This document shows positions 1-11,813 of a DNA stretch of 63,289 nt, in pieces. Below the pieces are notes generated by a model. The model made no database searches. It had not been told where the DNA came from and saw only the letters and a program-made list of their open reading frames with translations. Source of the DNA: Girardia tigrina. Lineage: Eukaryota. Each line of letters starts with the position of its first letter. Within the stretch, counting starts at the first letter, position 1. Both the position numbers and the translations under genes were made by a program. The stretch lies in NCBI GenBank assembly GCA_001938485.1, contig MQRK01194420.1, positions 1 through 63,289 on the forward strand, written 5' to 3'.

Positions 1-240
1 GGGAACCGTTGACCAATCAGAAGCGTTGCCAAGGTGATCGCGACCGTTGCCAGGGGGCCCGGCGGCCAATCGGAAGCGTTGCCAAGGTGATCGCGACCGT
101 TGCCATGGTAACCGCGACCTTTGCTAAGGTGATCGAGACCGTTGCCATGGTAACCGTGACCTTTGCCATGGTAACCGCGACCGTTGCCATGGCAACCACG
201 GTAACTAGGTACGACCCCCCCCGGGGGGGGTGGTGGAGAA
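1..240. repeat. GC-rich ~21-bp tandem repeat (gttgccatggtaaccgcgacc-like), probably part of a DNA transposon/MITE; contains X-box-like palindromes
   Basis: Repeat units visible at about 18-207; GTTGCCATGGTAAC at 99-112 and 141-154, perfect GTTGCCATGGCAAC at 183-196. The ORFs here are repeat artefacts. Confidence 0.75.
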
Positions 241-559
241 CATACATTTTTCCCCTACTCCCCTTAGAAATTTCACCGACCCCTGCGAGAAATTCTTATC
301 TAGAGCATAAAACTCAAGAGATATGGAATTTAAAAAAATAAGAGAAGTTGTGCTACATCTGACGTTATTTTAAATTAAAATGAAAGTACATAATTATGAA
401 ACTTTGATGCAGCACTTATTAAATATTTTAATTATATTTCACGTATTGCATGGAGGCATCATCAAAATCTTACAAATAACATTAAAACGATTAATTCATT
501 GACTAAAATAAGATATATTTCAATACATAATTATACCACAGTGTTATATTTACCTTCAA

Positions 560-1010
560 AGCGATTCAAGCAGCTGTGCAAATGTCAGTTCAAATGTTTC
601 TAGCAAATGCAAAGCATTACAAAGCCGTATTTAACTCAGAAAAAGAGGATGACTTCAGGGCTATTTCTGGATGGTTGCGGCAATTTTATATATGACATAA
701 AATAAATTAATTTTACTTGAGCGGTGAAATTTTTAGTACAAGTAACCACGAAGCATAAGAATTTTTCCCAAGCTGTAATTAAAAAAAAGGAGAACTGATT
801 TTTAATACAGATAAAACCGGTTTGTATTATTACATGCTGTAATAACTTGATCGAACACTTTAAGAAAACTGCAGGTGATCGGAAAAATAATGTTATAGAG
901 GCACCATCCATATTTGTCGCGATACAAATGAGTCTTATTATTGTTTCATGTATTTGAAAGGCGAGAGGAATACCTGAATGACAAAATGGGTATTTAAGTC
1001 ATGGTTGAAC
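560..1010 (+). pseudogene. Decayed pogo/Tigger-type transposase remnant
   Basis: Translates to SGWL..F and IFNTDKTGLYY..L..RTL, resembling the FNADETGLF motif; many stops. Confidence 0.45.
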
Positions 1011-2409
1011 AACGCATTTGTGACCGACATAAAAATTTGAAGAGTGGGCCTTGATTCAGTTGTAATAGTAATAGAAGCATACAAGGACAAAAGGAATTAC
1101 TGTTATTATCCTAATAAATTTTTTATGGAGTGTTTTTCATAGAAAAGTACGTCTTTTGATTGAAGAGACGAATGACGATATTATTTGAAATTTTTGTGAA
1201 GAATATATATAATAATCTTATTTATTAATCCATATCAATATGAATTCATAAACATATTCATATAGTTAATAGAGTACAGTTACTCCTATAAACCCTGTAA
1301 CTTTTGTCAAATATTCGATAATACTCCCATAAAAATTAATAATCTTCTATCACAAAACCCAAGTTAACATAAAACTCTCCTTTGCAATATGTGATCTCAA
1401 TAAAATCACATAAACAAATGATTATATGTGAAAAAAAGGAAAAACCTTGAATTAAAACTATAAAATTTCGAATGTTGCAGGTAAACATTTTGAGTCTCTT
1501 TTATGTTGGAAAAGATTCAAGAACAAAAATTTAAGTCTAAATGAAAATTAAAAACTTGAAATGAGTGAATTTTAAAACGTTCACGATTTAAAAAAATGTA
1601 TTAATTTTGAATGTCCTTGCAAGATAATGAAAAAAAAATTTTCATGTCTTTTTATTTCTATTCATTTTTATATATGATTATGTCGTGGCATATTCTTAAA
1701 TGTTACATTCTCTTTTTATCTCTGGAAAATAAAATTATCAATTTGAGTGTAAGGCAGATTTGTTGTTAATTTTTTAATTTTCGAAAATAAGAAATTTGAT
1801 AAATTAAAAATTTCGAATTATAATCGAAATTAAAAAAAATATTGAAAAATAAAATTAAAAAAAGAAAATAAAAAATGAAAATTTGTTTAAATAACAAATT
1901 TAACCTTTTGTTGTTTTGAATAAATTTTGAAAGTCCTAATTTCTTTTTGATTTATAACGGAAGAGAATTCCAAACCTAACAGTGAGTATAAAAGTTGATC
2001 ATGAATTGCCATATAATCGAATGCCTCTTGTCACATTTTTTTAAAATGTTTTTTATAAAAAGGATATAAAAATAAAATTAAAAATTGTCAAATAAAAAGT
2101 CATACTAACAGATCTCATACCTTAAGCATTAGAAAATGTTACATATAAATTAAAATAATTTTCACGATTCCATAATATAAGTATGTTCGCCTAAAACTCT
2201 TCCACGTTGTTAGGATGTGACATCTACCGCTGCCATTTCTTTCTAAAGGTGTGCATCAAAAGTGCTAAGAGGACTCAAACATTAATTACAACATTTATTG
2301 CAATCACAATTTGGACCATCTTTATCAAAATCCGTAGTAGTGCTTTCACTCAGATTCATCGATCCAAGTTAAAAAAATTTCAAAGCTAAAAACTGAATTA
2401 ACTTTAACC

Positions 2410-2690
2410 AACATATTATTTTAAAAATATTTACTACAAATGTTATTGTTTAAAATTAATATTACCATTTATATATCTTAAAATATTAATTTGATTTAAT
2501 AATTTACAAATTTAAAAATAAAATTAATAAATCAGTTAAAATTTGCAATTATAATAAATTTAAAATAACTTTGAATAAATTTGTTTCAGATAATATGAGT
2601 TAAAATATTAATCAGCCATCTGGGTAGGAGAGACAGAACCCCAAATCAACACAAAACATTGAAACAAATCATTAAACATTCAAAATTTTA
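2410..2690 (-). mobile_element. Gypsy-type LTR fragment
   Basis: Shares the ctc(c/t)c(t)a(c/t)ccagatgg core (2616-2633) and flanks with the other LTR copies; boundaries approximate. Confidence 0.55.
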
Positions 2691-2789
2691 ATTGACTCTA
2701 CCGGGTAACATTTTAAAATATAAAAAAGAAATAACTGCTCCCAACTAAATTGAGTTACTACAGAATATGTAGGACAAGTTCAAATATCG

Positions 2790-3220
2790 GGCTAGTGTCA
2801 TTCTAGCGTCTGAGTGGGGTACATCAAATATGTCTTAAGTTGTTTTCTACTGAAACAAGCTTTGTTAGGAATTCTTCACGTTGATTAATAGCAGGGACAT
2901 TGACTACAAGTCATGTCATACTAACTGTTTGCTACATGTATCATGTAAACCTGTAATACTTGTCCCATGGTTGGTGACTAAACTGGCTTCATAACCCAGA
3001 GCAACCTGGGTAAAGAGTATGTGTGGACACCTCGTAGGATGAGAAACAAAACTTAGAAAAGGGTGGATGGGCTCTTTGGAATCAACGACCATTCATACCT
3101 GAAGAGGAGATTAGCGTCACCATGTTTCTTGCCAACTTAGACACTCAGAAATATGCAAAACCAAGCGATAAATGCTTACGCATAATTGTGTGCACCCACG
3201 GCCCAACAGTACCAAAAAAA
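2790..3220 (+). mobile_element. A-tailed non-coding structured repeat (SINE-like), copy 1
   Basis: Homologous to 15599-15845(-); ends in an A-run at 3214-3220; several hairpins; no ORF. 5' boundary approximate. Confidence 0.6.
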
Positions 3221-5619
3221 ATTAATTACACAAATTCCATCTTTTTTATTCTTTTAAATAAAAATTTTCAAAATTGAGACGGTATTGTCAAAAACAGTGC
3301 TTTTAAAAACAGTCAAAAATTGAAAAGTCTAAGCTCGTAATTGTAAAGACATTTTTACTTTAAATCTGAAAAATTTTGTAATTAATGAATTTTATACTTA
3401 TTAACTAAGGAACATCAATTATCTTAAGTTTTCTAAATAATTAATTTAGTGAATTCTGAATTAAATTAATTATTAATCGCTCTTAAATTTGGGATATTAA
3501 ATTAAAATAGGAAATAAATATTGACAAAAAACGTAAACAAATTTTGAAATTATTATTTAAGTTGTATATGGATTACTAATTAAATTAATTATACATTATT
3601 AAATTAAGTAAATTATTAATTTAACTATGTAAAAAATGGATTAAAAAATTTGCAAAAAAATTAAAAAATAATTTACTTTGTTTTGGGGTATAACCGTGGA
3701 GGTATTCCTTTTTAATCACTCTGAATTTCTATAATTTAGCAAAGCAATTTAATCAATTTTTTGATAATTAAAGATCGTATTTTCTTGATAAATTCGCCAA
3801 CGATCGATTTGGCCTTTAAAATTAATAGTTTATAAAAATATATTATTTTAAATGATGTACTTTTATTGCTTATTTGATAAATTAAAAATAATATTAAATA
3901 TTGAATTTCAAAAAAAAATTTACATAATTTTACAATTATTTTTATTCATATTAATATTTAATATAAAATGATTTATAGTAATTAAAATAATAAAGTAATA
4001 ATAATAATAATAATAATTTCAATACGTAAATAATGATTGTCATTTTGTCGAAGGAAAATGTCATTTTTAGTTTTTTGACTGTTTTAAAAAACGAAAAATG
4101 TTTTTTTTCAGTTTCATTACTAAAAATTACAAAATAAATAATTAATATTTTTTGTGTTTTGTTTAAAACAAAAAACTTTAATTTTCTTATTTTAATTACC
4201 TTATTTTTTTATTTTACGTCTGTTTGTCTCTTCAACACTAATTAGATTTATTGATTTTTAGTTTTTTAATTGATATGATATTTTTGTTAATATATTTAAC
4301 AAACATTTTAAAAATATTTTTTTTTCAATAAACATGTTTTTTTTGTATTTTGCTGTAACCATTACGTATATTAAGAAACAGAATATTTTATTATTCGTTC
4401 CGAATCAAAATACGAAATCATTTATTATTTTTTATAAAGTTATTTAGAATATAAAAATCTATAGTTAACATATAATAATAATACATCTCTCTTAAAGCTC
4501 AATCTTACAATCACGTTTTCAAATTCTTGAAGATTGTCATATTTCTTTCCAAAGATTATTAATTTTCGGCAATCACTACACTATTATATACAGTCATAAG
4601 GATTGGTTTCACCAAACATTCAAATTATATCCTTGTTTATAACTTCTTTGACAGTTTCAATCTCCTCTGTATTTTAAATCTATTTTAAATAATTCTCTTT
4701 TCATAAACTTAATTTTCAAAGTTAATGTTTACAATTCTATTTTCATAATTTATGTTCGGATCCTTTGAGTTTTCGTCTCTTGCTCTCACACCGTATCGAA
4801 TAATGATATGGGCGCTGGAGTGAGTGGAGAACTCCTGGGGATTTAAAATAAGAGTTTATATAATTTTAATATTAATTAACTTTGGTGAAGCCGTTTTTCC
4901 AGGTCTGGCGATTTTCTTTGTTAACTAAATGCTTGTAAGGAAATTTAAAAAAAATTAGTTTTTTATAGAAATTAAATTTTATTAATACTATAATTTAAAA
5001 TCAATTTAATCGAAAATTTATATTGGAATTTTTTATATTGGAATATTTAAACAAAAATTTAGTAATTTTTTTTGTTTTTTTTGTTTTATTAAATCTTTGT
5101 AATATTGCAAACAAAGATTGAAATTTAAAACACTGAGTTTTTGTTGACATATTGTTTTTCGTTTTTTATTTATGTTTTTATATTTCCTGTCTGTTATTAT
5201 TATTCTTATTTTTACATATTTTACATAAATAATTAATTGATTTTTTGAACTTTTCATTTTGCTTATTTTGATGTACATAAAAATTTTAAATGTTTTTTTC
5301 CATGGATTTTAAGGAAACATTTTAGTTAATTTAAAATAATTATAAAGATAAAGATAATCACAATAATTAGTAAATTTCCCGTCGTTGTTTAAACGAATCA
5401 CTTTAATCATCGGGAATTTCACACAGAAAGAAATCATAATTCTATTAGATTATTAGATTGAAAAAAAAGAAAATTTAATTGACTCTGGACTTTGATCCAA
5501 ATAATTTGAATATTTTCTTTGAGTATGTCATTGGATGATCGAATGAAAGTGCCTTTATTTGACTACTATAAATTAGTAAAGGCCATTACATTATTGTTTC
5601 GTAAAACAAAAGTATGCAG

Positions 5620-6232
5620 TTAAAATATTGTACATTCCTGTCTTTCAGCTCAAATTCGTAAATTTTTTCCTGGATATTTTTATATCTTCTGCTTTTGTGG
5701 AATTTCTCAGAGTCATTTCTATTCTTACTTCTCTATCTTCGATGGTGTTGGCGTACGCTAAATCTGAAAGTTCCTTTTTTCCTAGTTTTTCTCAACTAGT
5801 TTTTCCACTAGTTCTTCAATCTTTTTAAATACTTCTGATGGATTTTTATCCATGATTCTAATCTCTACAAGCTCCTTCATTATCTCTAAAATATTTTTTT
5901 TCTTTTGAGAATGCTCTTCTCATTCTTGTTTCCCAGCTGCCTCCTTGTGTCATCTCATATTTCTTTATCGCTTCTGGGGTCATGAATGCTGTAACTAATA
6001 TTGCTTTTCTTTCTTTCTTAAATCCAAAAATCTTTGAGTATCTCTCAAAGTTTATTAGGAATTCTTCTAATTTTACTTCTGACCCATCGAATATCTCCGG
6101 TCCCTTGATAATTGGTGTCATGTGGTCGTGTGTCGCCATATTAAGAACATTTAGACAAGTCTCGTTTGAAATTTTATTACAATCACATTTAGAGTCAATA
6201 CGACTCTCAGAAAGTCTTTCATCGTTTGTCAT
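5620..6232 (-). pseudogene. Gypsy gag 5' remnant whose ORF begins inside the LTR
   Basis: ORF 5858-6232 (PEIFDGSEVKLEEFLINFERY... is gag-like); frameshifted continuation to about 5620; follows an LTR end and PBS. Confidence 0.75.
6121..6138 (-). promoter_or_regulatory. Primer-binding site (TGGCGACACACGACC...)
   Basis: TGG-initiated sequence directly after the LTR end ...gttcttaata; cognate tRNA not determined. Confidence 0.65.
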
Positions 6233-6550
6233 CCTTCTAATTTATTTTCTTATTTCTCTTCTAATCATGATTATTTGAACAATTTTTCTAAGTCATATTT
6301 TTAAATATATCAAGTAATATTAATTAAAAATAATAAATTTTACCATTTCTCAATAAATCTCAAAATAATAAAAATGTCATAAAATTATTAAAAATACATT
6401 TAATTTAAATTTTACTAAAAAATATTAAACTTAATTTTAATTGTTAAATTAAAAATATGAACTTATAAAATGATTATTTTAATTATGTTCGAATAATCAA
6501 TCACTTTAAATTTAAATAAAAAATACCAATTTCCATCTGGAAGGGAGAGG
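6139..6550 (-). mobile_element. 5' LTR (5'-truncated) of a Gypsy element
   Basis: Homologous to the solo LTRs; ends ...aatgttcttaata, followed by PBS and gag. Confidence 0.8.
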
Positions 6551-6596
6551 TGCATGTTTAAGAAATTAAATATACAAATAAAAAATAAAAAAATAA

Positions 6597-7174
6597 GAAA
6601 CAAGATCATAGACCAAGAGGCCCTAAAGAAGAAGAGCCGGAAGGATTCAATTGTCATCTATGTCGAAAGAACTACAAGACCAAAGCATAGCTCATCAGAC
6701 AATTCAAAACAGCGCACAAATTTGAAGATGAACAATTAGTTCAAATTTTTCCGATAAGAACCAATCAGTCCAGACAATCAGAAGAAGGGAATCAACTACT
6801 GAACGCGATACCAGAAGACAACGTAACTCAAGTACCAATCGTCGAGCCGAATGCTGCTTCGATAGGAGAGTTCGAAGCGAGTCCTTTAGAAACCCATCTG
6901 GACTACCGCCTTACAGATCTAACTGTGAGAGTAACCTTCAGATGCCCGTTTCGCGGATGTGTAAAGTCCACGTATACAGCCAAAGGGATGCAGAATCATG
7001 GGACTACTATCCATGACTGGTCGTTTCTGACTGAATTGCCAAAGCGTGCGCGGAAGCGAAAGGCTGACGTCCCTGTAGGAGGCCTATCGGGGAGCTTATA
7101 GACTAATTTGGTTTGGGTGGACTATCTAAAGAGCCTATAGGCTTAATACCATTCTTGAAAGAGATGACAGGCCC
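6597..7174 (+). mobile_element. 3' end of a LINE encoding two C-terminal C2H2 zinc fingers (RTE-like), structured tail-less 3' end
   Basis: Frame reads FNCHLCRKNYKTKA*LIRQFKTAH ... FRCPFRGCVKSTYTAKGMQNHGTTIH...GGLSGSL* (stop 7099-7101); homologous to 32389-32857; both copies end in GGCCC. Confidence 0.7.
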
Positions 7175-8028
7175 AAAATAAATTTATTAAAGAAATTTAT
7201 TGTAACTTAAATTAGATTAAAAGACCTAAAAGATCGTTTTTTACAAATCTTTATCAATGAATTCTTTTGTTTAACTTCTTTTGAATAAATAACAAGAACA
7301 ATATAATATTAACTGTTGTAAGTAAAAATGCAAAGAATTTTCTAAATCCTCAAAAAAGAAAACTTTGGTAAAATTTGTCGTGAAATTTCGAAAGCATTTT
7401 AATTAGCTATTGATATTTATATTAGTATACTTCTTTTCATATTTTCAAGAATCAATCTTTTCATTATTCTCATGATCAGAAGTTTTCTGTTCCTTTTCAA
7501 GACTCAGATTTAAGTGACAATTCTGTGAATAATTTGCTAGTTATAAATATTTTATATATTATTAAAATATTTCAAATAACAAAAAAGTTTAATTAAATAA
7601 AATATTTAAATTTAAAAAATTATTATTCTTCAATCTTAACAAAGACTTTTTTGTTCGGATTGATTTTGACATGTCGAATCATTATGCCCGTTTTGTGTGT
7701 TGAATTGGATTGGCTAGACTTTGCCAGCCAATCAGAACACGTTGTGAATCAGTCTACAATCACAATTCAAATTTTGATTTTTGATTAACAAATTAGAGTC
7801 AACCTTGTTGAAAGGATTACTAAATTTAGAGTGAAATTAATTCGAAAAGTATTGTAAAATTTTGAAAGTAATTTAATTTAAACAATTGACGAAACTTTTA
7901 AGTTGTATATTTTAAAAAAAACGTTCCTACAAAATTTATTCAACTGATTTTGTGTTCGTTTGATAGATTGTACAAATTTTTAATTTAATATAGAACTGTT
8001 AGAAGGTTTTGAAATTATATTTTATTTC

Positions 8029-8592
8029 TGTGAGGAATATTTTTGAATGTTGTTTATTGTGTGTTGTTTTAGGATTGTGTTTCTCCCACCCAGATGGAAG
8101 ATTGATATTTTAAATATTTTTAAACGTCGGGTTGTTTAATCAATTATTAAAATTTAAATAATCACTTTAAAATTAAACTANNNNNNNNNNNNNNNNNNNN
8201 NNNNNNNNNNNNNNNNNNNNNNNNNNNNNNTTTTTAAACGTCGGGTTGTTTAATCAATTATTAAAATTTAAATAATCACTTTAAAATTAAACTAATATTT
8301 CATAAATAATATTTTAATAATATTTTCTTAAAATAAATAAAAATTATTTTTAAATTTAAAGTATAAATTATTTTTTCTAATAATTAAACTATAATTTAAA
8401 GTATAAATTATTTTTGTAATAATTAAATTGTAATTTAAATTTGTTTGAATAATAAGACGTTAAAGAATATTATTAAAGATTATCAATTAAGAACGATGAC
8501 GAGCTACGCAAATTTTACGGAGAATTGTTCTAGTGACAATTCAAATTGTGATATAAATAAATGTAAAGGAAACCCAATTAATGTTCTTAATA
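8029..8592 (+). mobile_element. Solo LTR, TG...TA termini, 5-bp TSD ATTTC
   Basis: tgtgaggaatat...gttcttaata flanked by atttc (8024-8028 and 8593-8597); spans an N gap. Confidence 0.9.
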
Positions 8593-8717
8593 ATTTCTTA
8601 ACCGCTTGAATAAAGACATTTTTTTAAGACTTACTTTTGATCTGATTAAAAACCAGTTGATGATTGATTGAAAATTCATCAATAAAAAGAATAATAACAA
8701 AATTTCGAAATATAATT

Positions 8718-8938
8718 TTTAGGAATATTTTTTAATGTTGTTTGTATGTTGTTTTAGAATTGTGTTTCACCAAACCAAAAGGAAGAATGAAATTTTAAAT
8801 ATTTTAAAACATCGGATTATTTAATCTATTTTAAAATTTAAATAACTAACTTTAAAATTAAATTAATATATTTAAAATACCTTTTAAAATAATTCAAATA
8901 ATTTTGTCATTTAAATTATAAATTATTTTGAAATCGAA
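8718..8938 (+). mobile_element. LTR fragment
   Basis: Homologous to the 5' half of the 8029 and 29609 LTRs. Confidence 0.65.
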
Positions 8939-8939
8939 T

Positions 8940-10410
8940 AGTACATAGTTCCCCATGCAATTTTTCTCTGATGTGTTTGAAAATCAGAAACAAGATATTA
9001 GAGCATGTGTAGATTTTCGGCAATTGAACCAAACAACGGTCACACCTGCATTTCCAATTCGAAATGTAGAGGAGATGCTGAACACACTAAATGGAGCAAA
9101 GTATTTTAGCACGATCAATTTGGGAAGCGCATACCATTAAGTAGAGCTGTAAAATGAATCAAAAATCAAAACAGTATGCTCAACTGTTTCAAGTGAATGC
9201 CGTTCGGAAATAAGAAGGCACTATTAATGTTCTAAAAACTAATAGTTAAAGTTTTGGCAGAATTAAACTGGTTAGAAGCAGTTGTATATTTGGATGATAT
9301 TCCGATTTTTGGGAAAGATAAAAAAGAATATATCAAACAAACTAACATCTATGTAGTAAAATAAAAGAATTTTGTCTAAAAAATAAACCTGGAGAAATGC
9401 CACTTCTCCATATTATTTTTTTAATATATTTATTCTTTCCACATAGCCCTTTCAATACTTTTGAATACTTAATAAATATTATTTTAATGATATTGATATT
9501 ATTACGAAGACAAAGCTTTTGGGATACGTAATCAGCAAAGATGAAATAGAAACAGATCAGACAAAATCAATTCTATAAGCAAGTTTCAGAACCCTTCGTG
9601 ACTTAAACACATAAGAAGTTTTTTGGGTTTAACAAACTATTACAAAAAAAAATTCTAAAAGACTACGCAAAGTATTCAAAAGTATTGGAAGGGCTATGTG
9701 GAAAGAATAAAGATAAAAAAATAATATGGACAGAAGAATGTAACGAGGCATTTTAGAAATTAAAGGAAAAATGATCAAAACACAAATTATGGTAGCCAGA
9801 TTTTGAAAATGAGTTCATATTGGATACAGACGCCAGTTTTCAAAATATTGGCGTGGTACTAACAAAGAAAGACATATATGGAAGAGAAAAGGTGATAGCA
9901 TATGGATTCCACAAAATGAACAAACACGATTTGGGATACTGTATTACTAGAAAGGAACTGCTGGCAATCAACTATTTTATACAACACTAAACACTATCTT
10001 TATGACAAAAAAATTATTAAAAACGGATCATAAATCCATCACATTTATGTTGACGAAAAAGAATCCAATAACTCCACAGTTTCAAACTTCGATAAATTTC
10101 CTTAGTGAGTTGGATATGACAATGGAATTCCGAAAAGACGAAAAACACTGTAACGCCGACGCAATGTAGAGAAATTTTCGTGAAATGTGTGTGCAATGCA
10201 CGTAGAAGTTAAGAAAGAAAAAATTAAAACAATAATCTTAGCCCTAGACGAAGAATCAAAAGAATTAAGATGGTAGTACGATAATTTCGAAATCCATGTC
10301 GATAGAGGAAAAATATTCAAATCAGCACTTTTTAAAGACACAATGAATAAATTTAAAGTTGAGATATTATATTCGAGTCCCTACCACCACAATACCAATG
10401 GGGTTATGAT
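8940..10410 (+). pseudogene. Decayed Gypsy pol (RT, RNase H, integrase remnants)
   Basis: RACVDFRQLN...AKYFSTINLGSAYH, VYLDDI, FILDTDAS, RKELLAI, TDHK and SPYHHNTNG motifs in order, with frameshifts and stops. Confidence 0.9.
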
Positions 10411-11084
10411 TGATGATAATTTAGAAAGGGTCGCAAGAATAAAAGCATGTTTTGTCGTGTCAAAATTAAGAGACTTGATAAAAGTAATTAGTAAAAAAAA
10501 TGACGCTTTATAAATCCTTATGTTTATTTATAAAATATATTGAAAATATAAAATAAAATTTAGTTTCTGGGAATAAATTTTTTAACACTTGCTTACAAAT
10601 AAACAATTTATTTTTATAGAAAATTTCGTTCTAAAAGTATATCAGACATATTTTAAATGGAAATTAATTGCACTAATTTAAAAAATAATTGAAACTATTG
10701 AATTATATTCTAAATAATATTTATTCAATTTATTATTATTTATTAGAATAAATCAGAAGTATAAATCGGTCGTTTAGCATTATAAGTATGGTATCTATTT
10801 TAAATTCATTTAAGGTTTCATCTTTAATTAACTTATGCTACATTTAGAATTCAGATTTATTAAAAAAAGTTAGAATATAACTGTATAAAATCAAGAATAT
10901 AGAGATTTACAAAAAATAATCAAATTAAAGATAGGAAGGTCATCCATAATCAATATTTTAAAAAGGATAAATAAATGGATAATAGCAAAGAAAAGGTTTA
11001 TGCAAATTTTTTATATTCTTTTTTATATTTTTTTTGTATTCATTAAATATTAGTGCATTAAAACATTAGAATCCGTGTTACCTT

Positions 11085-11335
11085 CCTCATTGTTGGTAGA
11101 AACACAAAGGGCTAGAAATCCTGTATGTGGATGTATGAAAAACTTTCAAAACCCAAACAAGTGAACTGGAAGGACCCGAGGTCATTAAGCTCCCTATTAG
11201 TTCCGTCGACAGGACCAAACGCGAAGGATTGAAGGTGTGAACCTGGAATGTGCGTGGACTAAACGACGAAAATACGCTATCTATAAAAGAAGCTCTGAAA
11301 AGAAAGAAAACAGAGGCATGTGTTAAGAACAGAGG
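11085..11335 (+). pseudogene. LINE 5' fragment encoding the start of an APE endonuclease
   Basis: GLKV*TWNVRGLND... is the typical AP-endonuclease N-terminal motif. Confidence 0.65.
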
Positions 11336-11339
11336 CTTG

Positions 11340-11813
11340 TGAAAACTCTCTCCCAATAATTTTTAAAATTCTTGCACAAAATCTTAAAATCATTTATGCT
11401 CATATTAAAAAAAAATTATTGCTTTTTTATAAGATATGAGTGATTATGCAATCACTTGCATAAGTCTAATTGAAAACTCTTAACAAATTAGTTGAGAGTG
11501 CTGTTTGAACATTGATATTTGGATCACATGATCTGATCAACAGTTCTTCACATGACACTCTCTCCCAATAATTTTTAAAATGAAGAGTAATATTGCTGAG
11601 CATAAAAAGACGTGAATATGTAAGCAATATTACTCTTCATTTTAAAAATTATTGGGAGAGAGTGTCATGTGAAGAACTGTTGATAAGATCATGTGATCCA
11701 AAAATCAATGTTCAAACAGCACTCTCAACTAATTTGTTAAAAGTTGTCGATTTGACTTACGCAAGTGTTTGCGTAATCACTCATATCTTATAAAAAGCAA
11801 TAAAAAATTTTTT
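11340..11813. mobile_element. Penelope-like element 3' fragments in fold-back arrangement
   Basis: Arms at about 11407-11597 and 11624-11813 are reverse complements; encode the GIY-YIG C-terminus HFKNYWERVSCEELLIRSCDPKINVQ. Confidence 0.85.

Noticed and set aside
9-341. 110-aa and 76-aa ORFs
   Set aside because: Products of the 21-bp tandem repeat.
2990-3020. Resemblance to the 3' half of a twister ribozyme
   Set aside because: The UAA cleavage-site context and pseudoknot partners were not found.
8137-8293. Direct duplication on both sides of the N gap
   Set aside because: Typical scaffolding overlap artefact inside one LTR.
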